From the sequence record NC_041994.1: a stretch of 64,000 nucleotides of DNA, one strand, 5' to 3'. The first letter of the stretch is position 1, and each line of letters begins with the position of its first letter. A model generated the notes under the pieces. The model saw only the letters and a program-made list of their open reading frames with translations, ran no database searches and was not told where the DNA came from. Made by a program: the position numbers and the translations under genes. Positions 54,519 to 63,460 of the stretch are shown piece after piece.

Positions 54519-55247
54519 TTACCACGACATGAAGGGTGGCTTAACAAACTCTTCCATCGAGAGATATTCTTTCGGTGGTACGTAGTCGTATTCAGCCCGA
54601 GAGATCTGTTTGACGGTGTAGAGTTTATCGGATTCCCACGAACGCACATTCCCGGTAGGTTCTGGTCCACGGATCTCCCAGAAGCCTTTGGTCAGTTTGA
54701 TGTTCTTACTGAATAGCAGGGTGTCTTCCAACACCTCAACCAATACCGTCATGATCTTGAACGGTACTTTGTCAGGACGCCCCACCAGTAACACGTCCTT
54801 ATAGAAGCCACGTGCGGTTTTGATCGGTGTGTACGACATGGTGTCAGAGGAATAACCCACCAACCAGCGTTCATCAGTCTGCTTCTGATCGAAGAGTAGC
54901 TTGGTGTTAGGCAGCAATGACAGCGGAGTATCAAAGCGGTAGACCGTCCACTTCTGCAAGAGGGAGCCATTCTTCTTGGCTTCAGGCCAATAGAAGTTAT
55001 CCCATCCCTGTACATAACCGATCAGACAACCCAGCAACGTGGGTGCTGTGGAAACCCGAGCCACGGAGCGGTTCTCGGTTAACCCAGTACGCTGTGTTAC
55101 CGAAGGAACAAACGCTTTAATGTTCGGGTTAGTTGAAACATGCAACAGTGGTCCCGGCAGTTCGTCCTGCCCCACCACAATAACGCCTGTTTGGATATGC
55201 GCGGGCTGTAGGCGCATGAACACATCCATTTCTCTACGTGTGGCCAT
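54519..55247 (-). CDS. ADP-ribosyltransferase-like protein with C-terminal head-protease site
   Basis: LLHVST (strand-1 His), RVSTAPTLLGCL (strand-2 S/T), TDERW (acidic catalytic-type position); ends LSMEEFVKPPFMSW. Confidence 0.45.
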   Translation of the reverse strand: MATRREMDVFMRLQPAHIQTGVIVVGQDELPGPLLHVSTNPNIKAFVPSVTQRTGLTENRSVARVSTAPTLLGCLIGYVQGWDNFYWPEAKKNGSLLQKWTVYRFDTPLSLLPNTKLLFDQKQTDERWLVGYSSDTMSYTPIKTARGFYKDVLLVGRPDKVPFKIMTVLVEVLEDTLLFSKNIKLTKGFWEIRGPEPTGNVRSWESDKLYTVKQISRAEYDYVPPKEYLSMEEFVKPPFMSW

Positions 55248-55285
55248 CTCACACCCAATGGTAAGTTACGAATCATAAAATACGA

Positions 55286-55322
55286 ACATAACCCCTCCCA
55301 CTAGGGGAGGGGCTTTATGCCG
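55286..55322. terminator. Hairpin-family member
   Basis: ACATAACCCCTCCC-actag-GGGAGGGGCTTTATGCCG. Confidence 0.75.
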
Positions 55323-55324
55323 TC

Positions 55325-55756
55325 TTAGCCTGCAAAGGGGATTGCGAACGTGAGGTTAGGCACAAACATCAAACTGGTGTTACGCCCTTGCAGTGTCGCT
55401 GTGGTAGCGCCGGGCGTTAACGTGTAGCTGACAATGTCGTCAGGATCGTAAGGCAGGTGATACTTACTGTAGAAAGCAATGAGTGCTTCCTTCAGTGTAC
55501 TGTAGTCGGCGGCTTTACCGGGCAACTTATGACCTGCGAAGTGATCGTAGATCCGCACCCGGTTATAGTAGTGGGTATCACTACCGGTGTAGTTGGCATC
55601 GTTGGTGGACACGACCACCCGCGAGTTGGTCGAACCCTGAATCCAAACCTCAGGATTACCGAACACTACCTTACTGACATCCAGCGGTGGACTCAGTAGG
55701 TTGTTAGCGTTCATGGCCCGTACCAAAGCGTTCTTTGGGGATTCTAAATAGAGCAT
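55325..55756 (-). CDS. Virion structural protein (baseplate/fibre adaptor-like)
   Basis: YTGSDTHYYNRV motif typical of phiKZ-like tail adaptors; GAGG SD. Confidence 0.55.
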   Translation of the reverse strand: MLYLESPKNALVRAMNANNLLSPPLDVSKVVFGNPEVWIQGSTNSRVVVSTNDANYTGSDTHYYNRVRIYDHFAGHKLPGKAADYSTLKEALIAFYSKYHLPYDPDDIVSYTLTPGATTATLQGRNTSLMFVPNLTFAIPFAG

Positions 55757-55763
55757 GCGCGCC

Positions 55764-56636
55764 TCAATCGTAATGCAGTAGCAAGAAGCCTGTAAGCGCC
55801 GTACAGCGTGTTTGGTCCAAACGGAGTACTACGAGGTTCCGTTTGTTCATACGTAGCGTATACGGCGTGATAGGAGGTCCTGAGTACATAACTTCGAACT
55901 CCAGCTCCCCTAGCCTTTTATCACAGCAGAAATTGTAAGGTGCAGACTCATCCTGGAACACCCAGTCATTCCCTGTGACCTTGCGCAGTATCCACTGCAA
56001 ACGTTCAGCCCCCAATCCGTTAGGGCTGTTAACCATGGCTTTGAGATCGTAACGGTACTGACTGAAGTCATGATCCGCCGCGTACACAAAGTCAGCCGTA
56101 CGACCGACCATCCCCAGTGGTTTGAAGACCTCAGGGGATGACTTCACTGAGAGTGCAGTAGCAAGGCTGCGCTGTAGGCTATTGGTGACTGTCAGGGTCA
56201 GTGGTCCTTTCCAGCGCAAACTGTCGGGCTTACTCTGGATGGTTACGACGCCGTAAGCAGTCACATCAACCTGTTCGAAATCATCGACATCAAACACATC
56301 GCCTTTGATTACCGACAACCGTTGCAGAATCGCTTCGGTGTTGGTTGGCAGTCGCAGGTTATCGACCAGCAGTGGTGTAGTGCCGGTCTTGTAGTAAGCG
56401 TTGGGGTCAAGCCGTGTGAAGGTGTACTCCAGCTGCTTGGGGAGTGGCTCCATCAGTTGCGCACTGGATTCGCCCCGGTTGGTGTTGATGGTGATCCGAG
56501 TGGACAAGCCACCCAGATCTTCCATGGAGGCCAGCGTGCAGGTAGTGGGTTCCAAGCCTAAGTACGTACGATCAGAGATCATCGTAATCAGGCCTGCCCA
56601 CGGGTCCATGCTCAGATAGCGGTGAACGTCAAACAT
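55764..56636 (-). CDS. Virion structural protein (baseplate-associated)
   Basis: 290 aa; related LEYTFTRLD adaptor motif; AGGA SD. Confidence 0.6.
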   Translation of the reverse strand: MFDVHRYLSMDPWAGLITMISDRTYLGLEPTTCTLASMEDLGGLSTRITINTNRGESSAQLMEPLPKQLEYTFTRLDPNAYYKTGTTPLLVDNLRLPTNTEAILQRLSVIKGDVFDVDDFEQVDVTAYGVVTIQSKPDSLRWKGPLTLTVTNSLQRSLATALSVKSSPEVFKPLGMVGRTADFVYAADHDFSQYRYDLKAMVNSPNGLGAERLQWILRKVTGNDWVFQDESAPYNFCCDKRLGELEFEVMYSGPPITPYTLRMNKRNLVVLRLDQTRCTALTGFLLLHYD

Positions 56637-56660
56637 TCCTATATCCTTCGCCTATGACCG

Positions 56661-58796
56661 TCAGGGTTTATATTGATCCATCTGCCCATCGGTAATCGGT
56701 GTCTCGTCCCATACGAAACTGAAACCACGAATCCCTACAGACGCCCCGTCCAAGCGATATGCGCCTTGACGGTCGTAGATCTCCTTCACTTCGATCATCG
56801 GATCGTAGTGGTACAGAGCGCCGGTCTCGGCCCCGTACGTAACGGTCGGATCGATTACTTCAGCAGGCAGTGCAAACTCTACCCGCGTTTCGGTGTGCAT
56901 GTGCCGCACCGTCCAGTCATCGACAATCACCACCTTCGAGTCGGAGGTCTCAGCCCAGTGATCACCAAAGCGTGTGTCCAGCAAACCCAACACGGTAAAG
57001 TCTGTGAAGGCTACGTTGGACATGAACTGAAGTGGGTAGGACGAAAGACCTGCGATCAGAGACAGCAGTTCACGCTGAACTTCACCCAGCGTTACCACTT
57101 TCACCAAGTTAGAACCAGTGGCGATGTTGATGCAGTCGGTGAGGAGTTGTTCGAGTTCGAATTGATCGAGGTCAGCGATCTCGAATTGGTTGTCCTTGAA
57201 GTATTGCTCGAAGCTCAACTGCTCTTCGATCAATGGGCAACGCACGTGCATGAAGTGACGACGCACGACTTGCTCGGCGTAGTTCCGTGCCATGTAGTGT
57301 TCCTGGAAGCTGTAGAGCTCCCAGAGCTTCAGGTACTCTTTGTGCAATTGCGCACAGTCAAGGTAGAAGCGTTCGGTGGAGATGTATTCCGACAGCGGAG
57401 TCACCCGATCCATTACCGCTTGGATCATGCCTTCACGCAGGCCACCCTTAGGGACGATCGACTGGAGCTCATCAAACGTCGGTAGGGGTGAACGCAGAAC
57501 GTCGTAGGCGTGCATCACCGGAATCTTCGGGAAATCGTAGCCGTAGATCTTGCCGACAGCAAACAGTGAGCAGATCAGAGCGTCCTTGACCGTCATGGTC
57601 ATGTACTCACCGCTGCGGGGGTGTGGGATCGAGACGTAGGCACGGTAGCGCCCGTGTGTCGACAGATACACCCAGTGGTTCAGCAGGACGTTGAGCAGGT
57701 TACGGATCGAGGAGTTACTGCGGTCCACGACTTCAGAGTCAAGGATCTTGGTCGGCATGCTGGAGAAGCCCGACATCTTGACCTTCTCTTCGATCTCAAC
57801 TTCAGCGTCGTAGGCAACCTTGGGGTTGTCTCGTGCCAAGAGCGATTCCCGGTCGAGGATGTTCGCCACCGTGGTCTTCTCGTTACCCGGTGCAATCGAC
57901 TTCATGTTGATGTCGTGCTTAACCATCTCCACCTTGGAGTAGAGTTCGGTTGGCATCTCGTCGGTGTTCTGGTTCAGGGTGTAGCGGATCAGCGGGATAC
58001 CACGTGGGGTCAGCAGCTTATCCACCAGTCGGTCAAAGATCTCTTGACGCCCTGGGTTCGACTTGATGAAGACAATGTTGCGGTACAGCCAGAGCTGTTG
58101 CGACTTCGTCAGGTAAGGCAGGTAACGGTCCAGACGACCGTGGGATGCCAGCCATTCACGGATGTGGAAGCTGTGTGCTCGGCGTGTGTTGCAGTTACGC
58201 CAACGCAGGTTCTCGATGGCCTTAGGCAGTGCCAGATACAGCTGACCAATGTAGTGCTGCAAATACAGATCGTCGGTCAGCAAGTAGCCTTGGTTGAACC
58301 AACGCAGTTGATACGCATGCACCCAGCCTTGCAGCTCACGGATCAGATTGTCTTCGTTGCCTTCTACCAGCGAGGCATCGTAGTACAAAATGTCTCCATT
58401 ATTTGAGTTTATAGCCGTCTGGATGTTGACAGGCGCAATGATCCCTTTGATCAGGTCGACTTGTGTCGGGTATTTCGCCACAAGGTTGTTGTAGTAAACC
58501 GTCCCGTAAAGATACTCACGAGCGGTGGCACGGTGGTAGCGCAGGTTCTCGACCGTGAAGTCGATCATCTCTCGCGTGTCCATCGAACGCACCTGCATCA
58601 TCGTGTCCGAAGCGTGATACACCCCAGCCAGGTTCAGGTAATACTTCCAGGTGGTGGGGTCTTCAAGATCGACCACAATGTTTCGACCAATGAGGTCGGC
58701 ATTGATGACGTCGGATACGTGACTGGACTTGATAACGATCGACCTGACCAACCGAAAGATTTCATTCCGATACGAAATGTAATTAAACTGACTCAT
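56661..58796 (-). CDS. Baseplate wedge protein (phiKZ gp128-like)
   Basis: TWKYYLNLAGVYH, HSFHIREWLASHG, LWLYRNI motifs; divergent from portal as in phiKZ. Confidence 0.7.
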   Translation of the reverse strand: MSQFNYISYRNEIFRLVRSIVIKSSHVSDVINADLIGRNIVVDLEDPTTWKYYLNLAGVYHASDTMMQVRSMDTREMIDFTVENLRYHRATAREYLYGTVYYNNLVAKYPTQVDLIKGIIAPVNIQTAINSNNGDILYYDASLVEGNEDNLIRELQGWVHAYQLRWFNQGYLLTDDLYLQHYIGQLYLALPKAIENLRWRNCNTRRAHSFHIREWLASHGRLDRYLPYLTKSQQLWLYRNIVFIKSNPGRQEIFDRLVDKLLTPRGIPLIRYTLNQNTDEMPTELYSKVEMVKHDINMKSIAPGNEKTTVANILDRESLLARDNPKVAYDAEVEIEEKVKMSGFSSMPTKILDSEVVDRSNSSIRNLLNVLLNHWVYLSTHGRYRAYVSIPHPRSGEYMTMTVKDALICSLFAVGKIYGYDFPKIPVMHAYDVLRSPLPTFDELQSIVPKGGLREGMIQAVMDRVTPLSEYISTERFYLDCAQLHKEYLKLWELYSFQEHYMARNYAEQVVRRHFMHVRCPLIEEQLSFEQYFKDNQFEIADLDQFELEQLLTDCINIATGSNLVKVVTLGEVQRELLSLIAGLSSYPLQFMSNVAFTDFTVLGLLDTRFGDHWAETSDSKVVIVDDWTVRHMHTETRVEFALPAEVIDPTVTYGAETGALYHYDPMIEVKEIYDRQGAYRLDGASVGIRGFSFVWDETPITDGQMDQYKP

Positions 58797-58823
58797 GTCT
58801 ATATCCGTAAGAGGTGGAAAGTA

Positions 58824-61598
58824 GTGGACTCACGCTATCCGCGCATCCAGGCACAAACGCCGCTGGGGGATGCCAACCGTTCGGTGTTGAGTAAGCTTGT
58901 CCGGGACACTAATACCCCGGGAGCTACCAACACCAATCGTCATTACATCCTGACCGACCCGTTGTCGATGAACCGGATTTCCCGGAACACGGCACAAAAC
59001 GTCGTCGACTCTGATGCGATCATGCAAGTGCTGCCAGAAATGGAGCACGTGATCCAAATCATCGTCGGTACGGTGTTGAACCCGAAGGACATGTCCAACA
59101 CTGAGCTGAACGTCGGGATCGACGACAGCTTCAACAGTGAGATGAATCGCCAGCTTCTTGACGTGGTCGCCGACTACTTTAAGAAGGACTATAAAATGGG
59201 GGATCGTCTGGAAAAAGTTTTGGAGGATATCGTCGCTCGTAAGGGTGCGTATATCCAGGCCATCATTCCAGAGAACGCCCTTGACCTCATCATCAACGGT
59301 GCTCGCCGGATCTCCTCGGAAGACTTCGACAAGTACGCAGACCGCTATGACCAAGGCCGCCCATTGGGTATCCTCGGTGTGGCGTCGTTGCCTGAGTCCA
59401 TGGCTAAGACCCACCGTGTGGATCGTGTGTCTATCGAGGACTTCAGTCCTAACGATCAGAAGCTGGTGGCGGTGGTCGGTTTCCAAGACTCCGGTATGAC
59501 GGTCAGCGACAACTATCACCTGCTCAAACAGCACACCCACAACCGCAAACGTTCCCGGTCTCTGGTTAACCAGATGATCCGCCGTGAAGCGGTGTCGATG
59601 GAGAACCGCGACAAACAGCAACAAGGTCTGACCCCAGATCAGGTTGAAGAACTGTACCGTCGTGGCCAAGCGCAGTTCCAGCAGACCATCATCGTTGACA
59701 AACCAGAGTTCATGGAGCGTCCTTCGGTCGGTCACCCTCTGGTACTGGACCTCGATCCGACTGCGGTGATCCCGGTGTACCCGCCTGGCCGTCCATACGA
59801 GCAGGTTGGCTTCTTCGTTCTGGTGGACATGTATGGTCGTCCGGTTTCGACTGACTTCTCGTCTGACTACTACAACGAACTGCGCACTGACTTTGACAAG
59901 AAGTATGGTTCGTCCGACAACTCGTCTGAACTGCTGCGCATTACCCGTGAAGCCATGGGTGGTGGTGATACGCAGAACAAGTACGAGATCGAACAGATCC
60001 ACATGTCGTACAACAGCATCATGGAAGCCGACCTCAAGAAGCGTCTGGTTAACGGTGCTTACCGCGAAGACTTCGAGCTGGGCTTCAGCGAAGAAATCAA
60101 ACGCATCATGTTCAGCCGTCACCTGAAACAGCAGAACACCCGGATGATCTACATCCCGGCAGAGCTGATGGTGTACTCGGCGTTCTACTACGACTCCAAC
60201 GGTGTTGGTCAGTCCATGCTGGCGAGATCCAAAGTGCTGGCCAACATGCGCTCTGTGCTGCTGTTCGCTGAAACCATGGCGGGCGTACGTAACGCCGTAG
60301 GTCGCAAGAAGGTCAACATTAACCTTGACCCGGGCGATCCTGATAAAACCGCAACGATCAGTGACATCCAACAACTGATCTTGGAATCTGGCCGTCGGGG
60401 CTTCCCGATTGGTGCACCAGACCCTGCTTCTATTCTCGACTATTTGAACCGTGCTGGTTACGACTTCAGTATCAACGCCAACGGCTCCGAAGACTATCAC
60501 CAGATGTCGGTTGATTACGACGACTACAACACCAACATTCAGGCCGGTAACCCGGAACTGCAAGAGCGTCTGCGTAAGATGCACATCTCTTCGATGGCGG
60601 TGCCACCGGAGAAAGCAGACCCTGAGAACGGCGCTGAGTTCGCCACCAGTATCGTGCACAACGACCTGCTGTTCGCTCGTCGTGTGAAAACCATGCAGAA
60701 GGCTTTCACTGATAGCCTGACCAAATTCGTACGTGTCTATACCTTGAACTCCTCGATCCTCGTCAACTTGCTGCTTGACGTGGTACGTGAGCATCCTGAT
60801 TCGATTCCTCCCGAATACAGCGAACGCCCTGGTATGGAACTTATTGAAGACTTCATCAACGCACTGGTCGTTAAACTCCCAGAGCCAGACACCAGCCGTA
60901 CTACGCTGATGCTGGAGATGCTGGAGCAACACGGTCAGCTCGTCGACAAGGTCCTCGAATCTTACATTACTCCCGATCTGTTCCCAGACGAATTCCTCGT
61001 CAAAGGCGGTTCGGTCGAGAAAGCGATCTTCGCGATCAAGGCGCACTTCATGCGTCTGTTCATTACCGACAACAACATCCTGCCTGCCATCGGTCAACTC
61101 TACGAGATGCAAGAAGGCAAGCCGGTGTTCAGTCTGCTCGATGGTCAAGCTACTGCCTTCGAGTCGCTGGGTACGGTCGTACAGGAATACATCGTCCACC
61201 TTGAGAAGTCCCGTAAGGAATGGGGCAAGCGCTTCGTACCGACTGACGGTATGGGTGGCGGTGATGGCGGTGATGCCTTCGGTGGGGGCGGCGGTACTGA
61301 CGACACCTTTGGTGGTGGCGGTGGTATGGACGACGACTTCGCTGGTGGCGGTGGTGGCATGGATGATACCTTCGGTGCTCCTCCAGCTGATGAATTCGGT
61401 GGGTCACCTGCCGATGACGACACTGCACCCGTCGATCCATTGGCGCCGGCTACAGAACCTGAACCCACCGACGCTGACGTTCAGCTTGATGCTGAACCCG
61501 GCGATGCCCCACCTGAGGAACCTGCTGAGGAGTCCGCTCCAGACGCAGAACCGAAGGAAGGCGGTGAGGAAGAAGAGGAAGAAGTCAAACCTGAGTAA
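58824..61598 (+). CDS. Portal protein (phiKZ gp129-like), 924 aa, with Gly/Asp/Phe-repeat acidic tail
   Basis: GAGGTG SD before GTG 58824 (tracked start 58461 overlaps the opposite gene); portal-like YFVLVD..G.P, AYY...GVGQS.L, EFATS motifs; synteny. Confidence 0.85.
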   Translation: MDSRYPRIQAQTPLGDANRSVLSKLVRDTNTPGATNTNRHYILTDPLSMNRISRNTAQNVVDSDAIMQVLPEMEHVIQIIVGTVLNPKDMSNTELNVGIDDSFNSEMNRQLLDVVADYFKKDYKMGDRLEKVLEDIVARKGAYIQAIIPENALDLIINGARRISSEDFDKYADRYDQGRPLGILGVASLPESMAKTHRVDRVSIEDFSPNDQKLVAVVGFQDSGMTVSDNYHLLKQHTHNRKRSRSLVNQMIRREAVSMENRDKQQQGLTPDQVEELYRRGQAQFQQTIIVDKPEFMERPSVGHPLVLDLDPTAVIPVYPPGRPYEQVGFFVLVDMYGRPVSTDFSSDYYNELRTDFDKKYGSSDNSSELLRITREAMGGGDTQNKYEIEQIHMSYNSIMEADLKKRLVNGAYREDFELGFSEEIKRIMFSRHLKQQNTRMIYIPAELMVYSAFYYDSNGVGQSMLARSKVLANMRSVLLFAETMAGVRNAVGRKKVNINLDPGDPDKTATISDIQQLILESGRRGFPIGAPDPASILDYLNRAGYDFSINANGSEDYHQMSVDYDDYNTNIQAGNPELQERLRKMHISSMAVPPEKADPENGAEFATSIVHNDLLFARRVKTMQKAFTDSLTKFVRVYTLNSSILVNLLLDVVREHPDSIPPEYSERPGMELIEDFINALVVKLPEPDTSRTTLMLEMLEQHGQLVDKVLESYITPDLFPDEFLVKGGSVEKAIFAIKAHFMRLFITDNNILPAIGQLYEMQEGKPVFSLLDGQATAFESLGTVVQEYIVHLEKSRKEWGKRFVPTDGMGGGDGGDAFGGGGGTDDTFGGGGGMDDDFAGGGGGMDDTFGAPPADEFGGSPADDDTAPVDPLAPATEPEPTDADVQLDAEPGDAPPEEPAEESAPDAEPKEGGEEEEEEVKPE

Positions 61599-61637
61599 CG
61601 ACATAAGGCCCTCCCCTAGCGGGAGGGCTCTATGCCG
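61599..61637. terminator. Hairpin-family member, 31 nt identical to the copy at 17518
   Basis: Shared GCCCTCCCCTAGCGGGAGGGCTCTATGCCGT. Confidence 0.85.
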
Positions 61638-61638
61638 T

Positions 61639-62532
61639 CTAGAACTGAAGCTCTAGAACAGGTCGATAGCTGTAGCTGCCGTTAGAGCCGGTCAGGCCAG
61701 AGCCACTGGCTGAGTCAAACTGACCCGCACCACGGAGCAACCCCAAGTTACCGGTGTAGCAGTCTTGGGTGAAGAAGTACATGCCCGTGTTGTGTAGGTA
61801 GTCCGACATCGCACCAGGATAGGTCGCAAGGTTGGTTCGGTTGGTGTACGCCATACCAAAGGCAATATCGAGTTCACCACCAGCCAGTGTCAGGTTACTG
61901 GTGTCACGACGGTCTACCCGGGCAATCGGCATTCGAGGAACGAATACATGATCGCCTTTGGTGTATGGGCGGACTTGGTTGATCGTACCGGAACCAGACT
62001 TCAGCGTTGGCCAGTAGAGTGTGTCGTCGTTAGTACCGTACATCAGTCCAGCCTGGTAGATCTGGGTGGCCGATATGTTGACGAAGAACCCACCGTTATC
62101 TGGCCAGAACAGAATCTTTCCGTCCACCACGAACTTCAACCATGCGGTTGGTCTGACCGAGGCGAGGCCCCAAGTCAGACCGTAGAATGTTTTGAAGTCA
62201 TCCACACCGATGATGTCATCCAAAGGTACCTCACCAAAGAACCCGGCCTTGTAGTCACCACGAAGCAGTGTCTGGGGACCTGGTCCTGTGTAAGGTAAGA
62301 ACGCCAATGGACGGTTAGGGGAGTTGACCTGATCGGACCCTAGGTAGGAACCGATCTTGTAGTAGTAGAGGACATTACGCTGTGCGGTCGTGTCGGTGTA
62401 TTCAAACACACTCGGTCCGACCGTAGCCAAAGGCGTTGGTAATGCGGCATCGTCGATCGGACTGGTGCTGCGATAGATGCGGAAACCATCCACCGTGACA
62501 TTGCGGTCAACCCATTTTAACTTAATGCTCAT
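61639..62532 (-). CDS. Tail-fibre-like protein: FN3/Ig-like plus C-type-lectin-like domain
   Basis: IKLKW...GFRIYRS...YTDTT...YYYKI (FN3 pattern); C-terminal YRPVLEL; GAGG SD at ATG 62532. Confidence 0.7.
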   Translation of the reverse strand: MSIKLKWVDRNVTVDGFRIYRSTSPIDDAALPTPLATVGPSVFEYTDTTAQRNVLYYYKIGSYLGSDQVNSPNRPLAFLPYTGPGPQTLLRGDYKAGFFGEVPLDDIIGVDDFKTFYGLTWGLASVRPTAWLKFVVDGKILFWPDNGGFFVNISATQIYQAGLMYGTNDDTLYWPTLKSGSGTINQVRPYTKGDHVFVPRMPIARVDRRDTSNLTLAGGELDIAFGMAYTNRTNLATYPGAMSDYLHNTGMYFFTQDCYTGNLGLLRGAGQFDSASGSGLTGSNGSYSYRPVLELQF

Positions 62533-62540
62533 GATTGACC

Positions 62541-63449
62541 TCAGTAAATCAGTTCGAAGAAAGGGAACCAACTGGCAGTCGAGCTACCACCACTACCGGT
62601 AGCGATCTGGCCATCTGCGTCAGAGACCGTACCACCTACCAAAAGTGCAGCGGCAGTGGTTCCAAGATGCTGACTACGGGCCTGTAGGTAACTCGACCCG
62701 GCGATGTCGTCGAAACGACCGCGGGCATCAGGTCGTGCTGACGAGATGCTGACCCGTGCCATCGTTTCGAACCACTCACCCCCCAACATCTGCGCTGCTG
62801 TGGTGATCAGTGTCGTGGTGGGGAGTGGGCTGGCTTTGGGTTGGCGCACCAAGAAGTTATAACCCTTTACCGCGACCTGCTTCTTCTGGTTCACGGTAAA
62901 GGGACCACCCCCAGCGCCGGCCGGTACAGCACCATTGTCATCGGTGCCGTACATCAATCCCAACGAGTAGAGATTTATCCACGAAAGGCTGCCAGTCAGG
63001 GAGATACACGGCGCAAACAAGATCTTGCCGTTGAAGATGAATTTGTACCAGTGTGTAAGGAGGGACTCAGCTGGTACTGAACCGGTGGTCACCCCACACA
63101 ACGTACGGGCATCAGCGACAGTCAGGAACTCATCAACCGTCAGACGACCAAAGAACCCCGAGTTCCAATCACCACGCAACAGCTTCTGTGGTCCCGGTCC
63201 CGAGTCCGGGAAATAACCGTGGGCTTGGTTGTCAGAGAGAATGAAGTCACTGCCCTTAACTGCCGCGATGCGGTAGTAATACACCGTCCCCCGAACCGCT
63301 GTAGCGTCGTCATAGCTCGTGGCACTGGCGGCTAAGGTAACGAGTGGTGATGGCAATGTATCGGCTGGAATTGGTGCTGTAGCTCGGTAGATGACAATAC
63401 TGTCAGCCAACGCAGCATTGACATTCCGCCATGCTAAACGAATAGACAT
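62541..63449 (-). CDS. Tail-fibre-like paralog: FN3 plus C-type-lectin-like domain
   Basis: Same layout; shares GPGPQxLLRGDxxxGFFG; ends WFPFFEL. Confidence 0.7.
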   Translation of the reverse strand: MSIRLAWRNVNAALADSIVIYRATAPIPADTLPSPLVTLAASATSYDDATAVRGTVYYYRIAAVKGSDFILSDNQAHGYFPDSGPGPQKLLRGDWNSGFFGRLTVDEFLTVADARTLCGVTTGSVPAESLLTHWYKFIFNGKILFAPCISLTGSLSWINLYSLGLMYGTDDNGAVPAGAGGGPFTVNQKKQVAVKGYNFLVRQPKASPLPTTTLITTAAQMLGGEWFETMARVSISSARPDARGRFDDIAGSSYLQARSQHLGTTAAALLVGGTVSDADGQIATGSGGSSTASWFPFFELIY

Positions 63450-63460
63450 ATCAGACCACC

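Noticed and set aside
58461-58823. Tracked 1045-aa portal start
   Set aside because: It overlaps the opposite-strand baseplate gene; GTG 58824 has a good SD and gives a portal-sized product.
473-61637. CRISPR array or transposon ends from the repeated hairpins
   Set aside because: Copies are dispersed singly at gene ends with no regular spacers, transposase or target-site duplications.
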